From positions 3,498,362-3,562,361 of the forward strand of contig CP070691.1 in the NCBI GenBank assembly GCA_020353195.1: a DNA stretch of 64,000 nucleotides, read 5' to 3'. Positions 38,197-47,640 of this stretch are shown here, in pieces. This DNA comes from Phycisphaerales bacterium (GTDB lineage: Bacteria; Planctomycetota; Phycisphaerae; UBA1845). The notes under the pieces were generated by a model. It was not told where the DNA came from and did no database searches. It saw nothing but the letters and a program-made list of their open reading frames with translations. The position numbers and the translations under genes were made by a program. The number at the start of each line of letters is the position of its first letter. Positions within the stretch are counted from its first letter, which is position 1.

Positions 38197-41100
38197 ATGG
38201 CCATCCGGTTCGTCATCGGTCGCGCGGGGACGGGCAAGACGTCACATTGCCTGGCCTCCGTGCGACGTCACCTCCGGGAGTCGCCCGTCGACGGCGAACG
38301 CCTGATCCTGCTCGTGCCCGAGCAGGCCAGCCTGCAAACCGAGCGAGCGCTGATCGACCATCCCGACGTCGGTGCCACCGTTCGGGCCCAGGTGCTCAGC
38401 TTCCGGCGACTGGCGCTTCGCGTCCTGCAGGAGACCGGTGCCCGGCGACGACAGGCCCTGTCCGACACGGGGCGCACCATGGTGCTGCGCCATCTGCTCG
38501 GCGAGCTCGGCGATCGGCTCAGGCTCTACCGCAATGCCGACCGCTACCCCGGGCTGATCGGCCAACTCGCCCGCACGATTGTGGAACTGATTGACGAAGC
38601 GGTGGCGCCGACTGACCTGGACCCGCCGGCGGCTGCTGACGCCGACGACCCCCTGCTGCGCCACAAGATCGACGACGTTCGCCTGGTGTACGCCGCCTAC
38701 ATGGAGTACCTGGCGACGGACAAGCTCGACGCGTCGCAGCAGCTCGAGCTGGCTCGCGAACAGGTCCCCCGCTGCGAGACGCTGACTGGTGCCCGTCTCT
38801 GGGTGGATGGCTTCGCGGGATTCACGGGGCAGCAGGTGCTCATGCTGGTCGCACTGGCGCGGGTGGCCCGCAGCATCGAGATCACCGCCATGATCGATCC
38901 CGACTACGCGATGCGGGCCGGGGACGCCGCGCGAGTGGAGCCGACGGACCTGTTCGGAAAAGTCCAGCGGACCTTTCTGGACCTGCGGCAGGCGTTTGCC
39001 GAAGCGGCGATTGCGGTCGAGCCGCCGCTGGGGCTGTCGCCCGATCCGCCCCCGCGGTTTGCCGGCACCCCGGCATTGGCCCGGGTCGAGCGGCTGCTGT
39101 TTTCCGAACGGCAAGCGAGTGCTTCGGGAGCTGATCTCGGACCGGTGTTCGAGCCGGTCAACGATACTTGCGGGACCGGACAGCACGTGTCGCGCAGCTC
39201 CGAACCGGGTTTCGGCCACAGTGACGCGTCGTGCCCCGTGACGCTGGTCCGCGCGTCGGATCGGCGGGCGGAAGCCGATTACGTCGCGTCGTTGATCTGT
39301 CAGCTGATCCAGGACGGCGCCGGCAGGCTGCGGTATCGCGACGTGGCGGTCATCCTGCGCGACCTCGATCCGTATCATGACCTGCTGTCGGCGGCACTGT
39401 CGGAACGCGCGATTCCGTTCTTCATCGACCGCCGCCGACCGACGTCGCACCATCCGGTGGTCGAGCTGCTGCGCGGTCTGACGGGGCTGGTCGATCGCCC
39501 GTTTTCGCTGGAGGCGGTGCGGCTGCTTCTCAAGACCGGCCTGACCGGTCTGGACGATACCGACGCCGATGAGCTGGAAAACTACGTGCTGGCCTGCGGG
39601 ATCGAGGGAGCGGCCGTCTGGCGACAGGAGGGCGATTGGACGCTGCCCTCGTCGTCGCCGTTGGACCGGCGCGGCCGTGAGGTCTCGTGCCAGGAGCAAA
39701 GGCGGCTGGCTCGGATCGACCGCTCGCGCCGCCGCTTCATCGAACGGTTCCGTGCGTGGTATGACGCGGCTCAGGGGCACCGCCGGACCGGCCGGGAATG
39801 GGCGCACCTGATGAAGACGGCGCTCGACGATCTCCACGTGGCGGACCGCCTGGCGGAATGGGCTTGCCGCGCGGAAGACGACGGCGACCTTGATCTGGCC
39901 GAGCAGCACCGGCAGATCGCCCGCGACATCACCGCTTTCCTCGACGATCTGTGCGTCGCCCTCGGCGATGAACGGATGGACGTCCAACGCCTGGGCGAGG
40001 TGCTGAATGCGGGTCTGTCGCAGCTGACATTAGGGCTGGCGCCGCCGATGCTCGACCAGGTCCTGGTCGGGTCCGTGGAGCGCAGCCGCCACCCCGACAT
40101 CCGCGTCGCGATCATCATGGGTTTCAATGAGGGCCTGTTCCCCCATTCGGGAGCCGAGGGTTCGATCTTCAACGATGACGACCGCGATTGGCTGACCCGC
40201 CAGGGCGTTCGCATCGGAATCACGCGCCGCCAGCGAGTGCTCGACGAATCGCTGTTGGCGTATACCGCATTGACCCGGGCAAGCGACGCGGTGTGGGTCA
40301 CGTTCGCCGCGGCCGACGAGGACGGCAAGGCCTTGCGGGAGTCGCCCTACGTCGCCGCCTTGGCAAGGGCCTGCCCCGAGCTGGAAAGCCACCGCGTGGA
40401 CGACGGGTATCGAAGCCGTGATACCTGGAACATTCGGGTCTCGCGGGATCTGGCCGCTCGTCTGGCCCATGAGTTCCGCAACCGCCCGCCGCTGGCGGCC
40501 GACGACGACAGGCGGCGCCGCGGGCTGTGGAACGACCTCTACGAGGCGTCACGACAGGCGGAAGGTCTCCACGGAGTGCTGCAACGTTCGCTCGCGTCGC
40601 TGACGTACACGAACGTCTCCAAGATCACCGAAGCATCAGCAAGCCGCCTGGTCTCCGAACCGTTCACTGCCAGCGTTTCGAGGTTGGAGACGTTTGCCGC
40701 CTGCCCGTTCCAGCACTTCGCGCGGTACGGGCTCGGACTGGAAGAGCGCAAGCTGGCCGCGCTGGCCGACGTGGACGTGGGCACGATTCATCACGCGATT
40801 CTGGAGCGTTTTGTCCGGCAGGTGGTCCAGTCGCAGGGCTCCCTGGCGGAGATGGACGATGCGCAGATGCGCTCCCTGCTTGATGCGAGCTGCGACGCGG
40901 TGACGGACTCGGTCGCGTCACCGGGTGTCGGGTTCAACGCCCGCGATCAGTACATGCTGAAACGAAGCGCCGCCGACCTGGACCGCATGCTCCATGTCCA
41001 GCGCCGCGCCGCCCGGGCCGGCCGGTTTCGACCGCGAGCGGCGGAAGTGCCGTTCGGCTTCGACACCGACGAAAGTCTGCCCCCGCTGGCAATCAAGACT

Positions 41101-41796
41101 CCGGCGGGCCGGACCGTTCTGCTCCGCGGGTTCATCGATCGGGTCGACCTGGCGGAGCTGGCCGACGAAATGCTCGGCGTGGTGATCGACTACAAGCGGA
41201 CGCGGGACAAGCGGCTCGACCTGTCCGCCGTCTACCACGGATTGTCGTTGCAACTCGTCGCGTACCTGTTGGTGCTGGCAGGGCGGGGGGAGAGCCTGGG
41301 CGGCCGGCCCGTCCAGCCGGTGGGCGCGTTCTACGTCACCCTGATTGATACCTACGAGAAAGTGGGGCATCCGAGTGACGCGCGCCCGGCACAAGACGCC
41401 GCCGTTCGGGCCTTCGGCCCTCGGGGTCTGCTGAACGCCGATCGCATTGAACCGCTGGATACCGCGTTTGCGAGCACCGGCCGGTCCGCGGTTTACAGGG
41501 TCGGCCGCACGAAAGACGGCAGGCTGGGCTGGGTGGATACGAGCGACGGGGCCGATGGCGATCAGTTCGACTCGGTGCTCGCCCACGTGCGCCGGCGCCT
41601 GGGTGAGTTGGCCGATCGGATCGCAGAAGGTGACGTCACTGTGTCACCATATCGTCTGGGTGGTTTCTCACCGTGTTCCTGGTGCCGTTTCTCGGCCGCC
41701 TGCCGGTTCGAGTTTGGAACGTCGAGTGTCCGGTATCTGGAGAAGCTGAAGCGTTCAGAGGTGTTCAGACGAATCGTAGACCCGACGAGCGCATGA
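38197..41796 (+). CDS. addB: ATP-dependent helicase/deoxyribonuclease subunit B (AddB/RexB)
   Basis: N-terminus MAIRFVIGRAGTGKT...LILLVPEQASLQTE typical of AddB. C-terminal PD-(D/E)XK nuclease with Fe-S cysteines (CPFQHF ... CSWCRFSAAC, i.e. Cx2Cx5C). It sits directly upstream of addA. Confidence 0.9.
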   Translation: MAIRFVIGRAGTGKTSHCLASVRRHLRESPVDGERLILLVPEQASLQTERALIDHPDVGATVRAQVLSFRRLALRVLQETGARRRQALSDTGRTMVLRHLLGELGDRLRLYRNADRYPGLIGQLARTIVELIDEAVAPTDLDPPAAADADDPLLRHKIDDVRLVYAAYMEYLATDKLDASQQLELAREQVPRCETLTGARLWVDGFAGFTGQQVLMLVALARVARSIEITAMIDPDYAMRAGDAARVEPTDLFGKVQRTFLDLRQAFAEAAIAVEPPLGLSPDPPPRFAGTPALARVERLLFSERQASASGADLGPVFEPVNDTCGTGQHVSRSSEPGFGHSDASCPVTLVRASDRRAEADYVASLICQLIQDGAGRLRYRDVAVILRDLDPYHDLLSAALSERAIPFFIDRRRPTSHHPVVELLRGLTGLVDRPFSLEAVRLLLKTGLTGLDDTDADELENYVLACGIEGAAVWRQEGDWTLPSSSPLDRRGREVSCQEQRRLARIDRSRRRFIERFRAWYDAAQGHRRTGREWAHLMKTALDDLHVADRLAEWACRAEDDGDLDLAEQHRQIARDITAFLDDLCVALGDERMDVQRLGEVLNAGLSQLTLGLAPPMLDQVLVGSVERSRHPDIRVAIIMGFNEGLFPHSGAEGSIFNDDDRDWLTRQGVRIGITRRQRVLDESLLAYTALTRASDAVWVTFAAADEDGKALRESPYVAALARACPELESHRVDDGYRSRDTWNIRVSRDLAARLAHEFRNRPPLAADDDRRRRGLWNDLYEASRQAEGLHGVLQRSLASLTYTNVSKITEASASRLVSEPFTASVSRLETFAACPFQHFARYGLGLEERKLAALADVDVGTIHHAILERFVRQVVQSQGSLAEMDDAQMRSLLDASCDAVTDSVASPGVGFNARDQYMLKRSAADLDRMLHVQRRAARAGRFRPRAAEVPFGFDTDESLPPLAIKTPAGRTVLLRGFIDRVDLAELADEMLGVVIDYKRTRDKRLDLSAVYHGLSLQLVAYLLVLAGRGESLGGRPVQPVGAFYVTLIDTYEKVGHPSDARPAQDAAVRAFGPRGLLNADRIEPLDTAFASTGRSAVYRVGRTKDGRLGWVDTSDGADGDQFDSVLAHVRRRLGELADRIAEGDVTVSPYRLGGFSPCSWCRFSAACRFEFGTSSVRYLEKLKRSEVFRRIVDPTSA

Positions 41797-41811
41797 CCGG
41801 AGTGGCTCCCC

Positions 41812-44800
41812 GTGGGGAAGTGCAAGTTCACAGACGAACAGAAGCAGGCGATCGAGGCGATCGACCGCAGCGTGCTCGTGACGGCGGCGGCCGGATCGGG
41901 CAAGACGGCGGTGCTGACCGGGCGCTGCGCGTATCTGGTCTGTGACGCGCCGCCGGCCCAACGCTGCGGCGTCGATCAACTGCTCGTCGTCACGTTCACC
42001 GAGGCGGCTGCGTCCGAAATGCGGTCGCGTATCCACGACGCGATTCGCGAACGACTGGCTGATCGACCGCACGACCTCAAGCTCCGGGCGCAACTGGGCC
42101 TGCTCGACACCGCCGCCATATCGACGCTGCACGCGTTCTGCCTGTGGGTCGTCCGACGATGGTTCAACCTTGCAGGCCTCGATGCCTCCGCCGTCGTGCT
42201 CGACGCGGACGAGGCCCGGCTCATGCGGGCCGAGGCGATCGAGGCCCTGTTCACCGATCTGTACGATGATCAGGAAAGAGCGCAAGAGTCGGTTTCGGAT
42301 CGAAACAACCCCGCCCCCGGATTGAAAAGCCCGCGCCGCGATTCCTTGGGCGCCCGGTTCCGCCGTCTCGTGGACGTCTACGGCCTGGGCCGGGACGGCG
42401 AGCTGGCGAGCCTCGTGCTCGGCCTGGCGGCGTTCGTCGACAGCCTGCCCGACCCCGAGGCCGAGGCCTGGCTTGACGACGCGGTACGACACGTGGGCGA
42501 CTCGGCCGGCCGCACGATCGAGGACGTGCCCCCACGCCTTCTTGAGGAACTGACGGCACAGCAAACCGAGTGCCAAGCTCTGGCCCGGTTCGTTATCGAG
42601 CAGTTCGGGCCCGGCGCGTTCTACGGCCGGGTGATCGAGAGATACGCTCGCCAGCTGGGGGACTGGCAAGCGGCGCTGGCCGGTGGGGCGTCGTTCGACG
42701 ATGTGCAACACGAAATCGACGAGTATCACAAGAACGGGTTTGATCTGAAGGGCTCCCCGAGGATGGGCAGCGATGCGCCATCCGAGCACAGAGCCCTGCG
42801 CGACCGGGCGCGCGACTGCTGCTACGAGGTCCGGGACACGCTGTTCAAGAAGCGGTTGCGCGACCGGTTCGGTCGGTTCAGCAGCGCGGAACTTCTCGAG
42901 GGTCTGCGGTCGATCGCGCCGCACGTCGAGACGGTCGTCGCCCTGGTGCGCGGGTTCGGCGAGCGCTACGCGCAGGCCAAGCGGGCCGCCGGCGTGCTCG
43001 ATTTTGCGGATCTGGAGCGGTTCGCCTATCGGCTGCTGTCGCGCCCGCAGCGCGAAGTGGCGTCAGTACTGCGACGGCGCTTCGCCCACGTGCTCGTGGA
43101 CGAGTTTCAAGACATCAATCCGCTGCAAGAGGCGATTCTGCGACTCGTCAGCCGCGAGCAAGACCCTGACCGCGCCGACAACCTCTTCGCCGTCGGGGAC
43201 GTCAAGCAGAGCATCTACGGCTTTCGCCTTGCGGAACCGCGGGTTCTGCGGCAACGAGAGAACGAGTTCGACAAGCCCGAATCGCGCGGGCTATGCATAA
43301 GGCTCCAGCGCAACTATCGCAGCCGGCGGACGATTCTCGACGGCGTCAACCTGCTGTTTCGCCCCCTGATGCGACGCGAGATCGGGGACATCGAGTACAA
43401 CTCCCAGGCCGAGCTGCGCGTCGGACGCAAACCCGCCGACCGCAAACGCGGCGAGCCGATCGAACTGCACCTTCTCGAACGTCGCCCCTCCGCTGAGAAC
43501 GAGCCGGACGAGTCGGCGCAGCGCTACGTCGATCTGTCCGATCCGGCCCAGTGGACGGCCGTCGAGCGCGAGGCGTTTCTCATCGGAACGATGATCCGCG
43601 ACCTGGTCTCGCCCGCCGGCGAAGCTCGCGGCGGGGCGGCGTTCTGCCACGCTGACATCGCGATTCTCCTCCGCACCGCCGCCCACACCGCGGGCCCGAT
43701 GGTGGAGATGCTGTCGCGCATGGGCATCTCCGCGTATGCCGACGCCCGTGGCGCCCTGTTCGGCGCGTTGGAGATTCAAGACGTCCTGTCGCTCCTGCAG
43801 GTCCTCGACAATCAGCAGCAGGACATTCCACTGGCGGCGCTGCTGCGCGCGGGCGTGCTCGGTGAGCGGTTCGATGAGGACGATCTCGTATCTATCCGAT
43901 CTGTCAATCGAGCGGTCCCGTTTCATGAGACCGTGCGGCTCTACCCGCACGACGGAGATGACCCCGAGCTTCGCAGCCGCATGGAGGCGTTCCTTCGCCG
44001 CCTGGCTCGCTACCGGTCCGACATCCGTCAGCGTCCGCTGGCCGACGTGCTGTGGCGCGTGTATCAGGAAACGGGATACCTGGCGTATGTCGGCGGCCTG
44101 GGCGGCGGTGCGCAGCGCCGGGCGAATCTGCTCCGCCTGCATCAGCGGGCGCGTCAGTTCGGCACGTTTCAAAGGCAGGGCCTGCACCGGTTTCTCCGCT
44201 TCATCGACTCGCTGAAAGACGAGAAGCAGGATTTCGGCGTTGCTCCGGCCGTCGGTGAATCCGACAATGTCGTCAGGGTCATGACCGTTCATCACAGCAA
44301 AGGACTGCAATTCCCGGTCGTCTTTGTGGCGGGATTGGGAAAACAGTTCAACCTCCAGGACGCTCGCGGACGCCTGATCTATGATCGCGGGACCGGCATC
44401 GGCCTGCGCGTGGTCGATCGCGAGCGGATGATCGAATACCCGTCGGCGATTCATCAGCTTGTGGCCCAGAACATCGAGACCACTACGCGCGCGGAAGAAC
44501 TACGACTGCTGTACGTTGCCATGACCCGGGCCGAAGAAAAGCTCGTGCTGGTCGGATCGACGGATCTGGCAGCGGTCCAACGCGTGCGACAGTACCGGCA
44601 GGGCGGTGCCCAGATCACGCCGTTGCGGGTGGCGTCGGCGGGCACGGCACTCGACTGGGTTGTTCCGGTGCTGGCCGCCGGACCGACCGGTAAGGTGGCC
44701 TGGGCCGACGATCGCGACGCCGGCCGGATAGACGGTCTCCTCTACCGTGTGATGATGCACGGTGACCCGGAGATCGGGAACTGGCACCTGGAGGATTCCG

Positions 44801-45621
44801 GCACGGGTTCGGAAACCGCCGTGCTGACCGCGGCCGCTTCATTGGAACCGCTGCCCGCCGCCGAGCCGACCGGTGAATGCGCTGAACGGGCTGACGCGAT
44901 AGTCGCGCGACTCGATCACGCGTATCCGCATCTGGCTGATTCGTCCGTGCGGGCGGTGATGGCCGCCAGCGAACTGAAGCGGCCTTTCGATGCGCTCGCC
45001 GATCCGGACGAGCAGCCCCGCGAGCGTGTGCGAGAGTTGCCCGCATTCGACGTCCCCAGCCTGGACGCCGTCGATCGCCGGGCGGTATCGGGTGCGCAGC
45101 GCGGCACGGCTACGCACCTGCTGCTGCAGCACCTGCGATTCGACAAAGCCGACGACGTGTCCGACGTTCGAACCCAGGCTCGCCGCCTGGTCGACGAGGG
45201 CCTGTTGACCGCCGAAGAGGCCGACGCCATCGACATCGATGCGATCGTATGGTTCCTGTCCACACCGCTGGGGCGACGCGTCCGCCGGGCCGGCGCCGCG
45301 TTCCGCCGCGAGGAGATGTTCCTCTCAGCCGAACCGGCCGAGATGTTCGACCGGACCGTGGGCGGCGGCAGCGACGTGCCGGTGGTCGTGCGCGGAATCG
45401 TGGATGGGGTCCTGACCGACGGCGATTCACTGGAACTGCTCGATTACAAGACGGACCGCATAACCGCTGAACAGGTGCCCGAGCGGGCCGAAAGCTATGC
45501 CATGCAGATGCGGCTCTACGCCCGGGCGATCGCCCGCTGTCGGCGCCGCCCGGTGCGGCACGGTTGGCTGGTGTTCCTGCACCCGCGAGTTGTCATCGAA
45601 GCGGTCGAAAAAAGGAGATAA
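41812..45621 (+). CDS. addA: ATP-dependent helicase/nuclease subunit A (AddA, UvrD/Rep superfamily 1)
   Basis: FTDEQKQAI, Walker A AAAGSGKT, VDEFQD, VGDVKQSIYGFR, VMTVHHSKGLQFPVV and a C-terminal RecB-type nuclease (IVDGV...LLDYKTD). GTG start 15 nt after the addB stop. Confidence 0.9.
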   Translation: MGKCKFTDEQKQAIEAIDRSVLVTAAAGSGKTAVLTGRCAYLVCDAPPAQRCGVDQLLVVTFTEAAASEMRSRIHDAIRERLADRPHDLKLRAQLGLLDTAAISTLHAFCLWVVRRWFNLAGLDASAVVLDADEARLMRAEAIEALFTDLYDDQERAQESVSDRNNPAPGLKSPRRDSLGARFRRLVDVYGLGRDGELASLVLGLAAFVDSLPDPEAEAWLDDAVRHVGDSAGRTIEDVPPRLLEELTAQQTECQALARFVIEQFGPGAFYGRVIERYARQLGDWQAALAGGASFDDVQHEIDEYHKNGFDLKGSPRMGSDAPSEHRALRDRARDCCYEVRDTLFKKRLRDRFGRFSSAELLEGLRSIAPHVETVVALVRGFGERYAQAKRAAGVLDFADLERFAYRLLSRPQREVASVLRRRFAHVLVDEFQDINPLQEAILRLVSREQDPDRADNLFAVGDVKQSIYGFRLAEPRVLRQRENEFDKPESRGLCIRLQRNYRSRRTILDGVNLLFRPLMRREIGDIEYNSQAELRVGRKPADRKRGEPIELHLLERRPSAENEPDESAQRYVDLSDPAQWTAVEREAFLIGTMIRDLVSPAGEARGGAAFCHADIAILLRTAAHTAGPMVEMLSRMGISAYADARGALFGALEIQDVLSLLQVLDNQQQDIPLAALLRAGVLGERFDEDDLVSIRSVNRAVPFHETVRLYPHDGDDPELRSRMEAFLRRLARYRSDIRQRPLADVLWRVYQETGYLAYVGGLGGGAQRRANLLRLHQRARQFGTFQRQGLHRFLRFIDSLKDEKQDFGVAPAVGESDNVVRVMTVHHSKGLQFPVVFVAGLGKQFNLQDARGRLIYDRGTGIGLRVVDRERMIEYPSAIHQLVAQNIETTTRAEELRLLYVAMTRAEEKLVLVGSTDLAAVQRVRQYRQGGAQITPLRVASAGTALDWVVPVLAAGPTGKVAWADDRDAGRIDGLLYRVMMHGDPEIGNWHLEDSGTGSETAVLTAAASLEPLPAAEPTGECAERADAIVARLDHAYPHLADSSVRAVMAASELKRPFDALADPDEQPRERVRELPAFDVPSLDAVDRRAVSGAQRGTATHLLLQHLRFDKADDVSDVRTQARRLVDEGLLTAEEADAIDIDAIVWFLSTPLGRRVRRAGAAFRREEMFLSAEPAEMFDRTVGGGSDVPVVVRGIVDGVLTDGDSLELLDYKTDRITAEQVPERAESYAMQMRLYARAIARCRRRPVRHGWLVFLHPRVVIEAVEKRR

Positions 45622-45664
45622 GTCCAATCATCTGTACAGAGACACCGGCAGGAGGATATCGAAG

Positions 45665-47536
45665 ATGGTTCACACGCTCTTGACGATTGCCGTAACATGG
45701 GTCTCTTGTCTCGCCCAACCCGGCACGCTCGACGACGTGCTGGCCGACGTCTCGCCCGAAGTCGCGAAGTGGGCGTCCGTGGTCGTCGTGACGAACGACG
45801 GTGCCTCGCCCGGCTTCGAATGGCATCATTACCGCAACAGCGCCGAAGCCGTGAACTTCTGGCCGGCCAGCGTCATCAAAGTCTACGCCGTCGTGGCCGC
45901 ACTGGAATACCTCAACGAGCTGGACGTCGGCCTGGACTGCACGCTCGTCTTCGATCGCAACACTGACGGCCGGTGGGTGCTGGACTCCGCGCGCACCATG
46001 CGCGAGATGATCAGCGAGGTGTTCCGCCGGTCGTCCAACGAAGATTACACGCTCCTGCTGCGTTTCGTCGGCGTCGACCGCATCAATACGTCGTTCCTGA
46101 TCCCGGAACGCGGCTTCCCGCACTCGGCGCTCATGCGCGGCTACGTGCGCGGACGGCCGTACGAATATGTCCGCGAAGAGCCCCAGCGGATCACCATCCA
46201 CACGCCAGGCGGCCAGACCAAGGTGGTTGAACACCAGTGGTCGGGCACGTCCTACGCCGAACAGCGCGGGGCGACCGTGATCAGCAAGACGACCGGCAAC
46301 TGCACGTCGACGCGCGAGATGGCCGAATGCTTGCGACGCATCATGTTCCACGAGCAACTGCCTCCGCGCGAACGGTATCGCCTCACGGATGAGCAGCTTC
46401 AGCTCATTCGAGACGGGGTAGATGGGCTCACCGGCCTGGACAACCGGCTCGCCGGGCCGTACGTCTGGAACGGCGTCAAGACCGTGTTCCCCGACGCCCG
46501 GTATTTCCACAAAGCGGGTCTCATCAGCAACTACAGTCTGGATCTCTCGCATGTCGACGACGAAGTGTCCGGCACGCGTTTCATCCTGGCGGTGGCCGCC
46601 GAGACCGGCAAGACGGCCACCGTGACCGAGATGGCCCGGCGCATCGCTCTCTGGATCCGCGACCGGAGGTGCCGAAGTGCCGAGCCCCCACCCTTGCCCC
46701 CGACCGTCGAGCCCAAAGCCACGCTCGTCGAGGTGTACGCCGATGACCGGTTCTTCGAGGGCCCTGTCTGGGACCCGCACACGGGCAAGCTCTATTTCAC
46801 GGCGTTTGGCAAGGACAACCAGCAGGTCCTGCGACTCGAGTCGCCCGGCAGCGCAACGGTCTGGCTGGACGGGACGGAAGGCATCAACGGCATGTACCTG
46901 GCCGCCGACGGGGGCCTGCTTTGCGCTCAGGCGTATGGCCATCGCGTGCTGGGCTACCCAATCGGCGCCGACGGACCGGCACGGGAAACGATCCTCGCAA
47001 CCGACACAAGCTGGAACCAGCCGAACGACATCTGTCAGGCCCCTTCGGGCGACATCTACTTCACCGACCCGGATTTCAAGGAGCGCAAGACGAGCGCCGT
47101 GTACCGGCTGGCGCCGGATGGTGACGTGTCCAAGGTCATCGACGACATGGCCGTGCCAAACGGGTTGATCACATCCAACGACGGCAAGACGCTCTACGTC
47201 GCTGACAGCTACCGGAAGCATTGGCGCGCCTACCCGATTCACGCCGACGGATCCGTCGGCAAGGGCCGCATCTTCTTCGAACCCGACGTACCTGATCGGA
47301 GCGACCCGGATGGAATGACCGTCGACGCGGATCACAATCTGTACTTCACGGGGCGTGGCGGCGTGTGGGTGGTTCACGCCGATGGCGCCTGTCTCGGCCT
47401 GATCCCTGTGGCCGAGTTCTGCTCCAACGTGACGTTCGGAGGTGCGGACGGCAAGACCCTGTACCTGACGTGTAAGGGCAAGGTCTACAGTCTGGCCATG
47501 CGGAGCCGCGGCGGTCAGTTCCCGAGCACAGAGTAA
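45665..47536 (+). CDS. Fusion protein: N-terminal class A beta-lactamase-fold serine hydrolase plus C-terminal SMP-30/gluconolactonase/LRE-like beta-propeller
   Basis: GGAGGA RBS and signal MVHTLLTIAVTWVSCLA. The N-terminal domain has SxxK (PASVIKVY), SNE and K-A-G (HKAGLISN) motifs. The C-terminal domain has FFEGPVWD...LYFT...PNDI...IYFTDP...PNGL...LYVAD...PDGMTVD...LYLT, typical of SMP-30 lactonases. Confidence 0.8.
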   Translation: MVHTLLTIAVTWVSCLAQPGTLDDVLADVSPEVAKWASVVVVTNDGASPGFEWHHYRNSAEAVNFWPASVIKVYAVVAALEYLNELDVGLDCTLVFDRNTDGRWVLDSARTMREMISEVFRRSSNEDYTLLLRFVGVDRINTSFLIPERGFPHSALMRGYVRGRPYEYVREEPQRITIHTPGGQTKVVEHQWSGTSYAEQRGATVISKTTGNCTSTREMAECLRRIMFHEQLPPRERYRLTDEQLQLIRDGVDGLTGLDNRLAGPYVWNGVKTVFPDARYFHKAGLISNYSLDLSHVDDEVSGTRFILAVAAETGKTATVTEMARRIALWIRDRRCRSAEPPPLPPTVEPKATLVEVYADDRFFEGPVWDPHTGKLYFTAFGKDNQQVLRLESPGSATVWLDGTEGINGMYLAADGGLLCAQAYGHRVLGYPIGADGPARETILATDTSWNQPNDICQAPSGDIYFTDPDFKERKTSAVYRLAPDGDVSKVIDDMAVPNGLITSNDGKTLYVADSYRKHWRAYPIHADGSVGKGRIFFEPDVPDRSDPDGMTVDADHNLYFTGRGGVWVVHADGACLGLIPVAEFCSNVTFGGADGKTLYLTCKGKVYSLAMRSRGGQFPSTE

Positions 47537-47640
47537 GCTTGCCGGGCAGAGACGCCTGTTAGCAAGTCACCCGCCGGTTGACTGGGCCGGGAGCAACGCC
47601 CACCAAGCAGACTGGTCGGCGCCGGGTGACTCGCGGTCCC

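Noticed and set aside
38197-45621. Possibility that the helicase-nuclease pair is an anti-phage defense module (Gabija/Hachiman-like UvrD helicase plus nuclease).
   Set aside because: The sizes, order and N-terminal motifs match housekeeping AddAB. So do the AddB Fe-S cysteines (Cx2Cx5C) and the AddA RecB-type nuclease. No additional defense-type genes flank the pair.
45497-45664. N-terminal 56-codon extension of the beta-lactamase/SMP-30 ORF overlapping the addA 3' end.
   Set aside because: The extension is Arg/Cys-rich. The ATG at 45665 has a GGAGGA RBS and is followed by a proper signal peptide.
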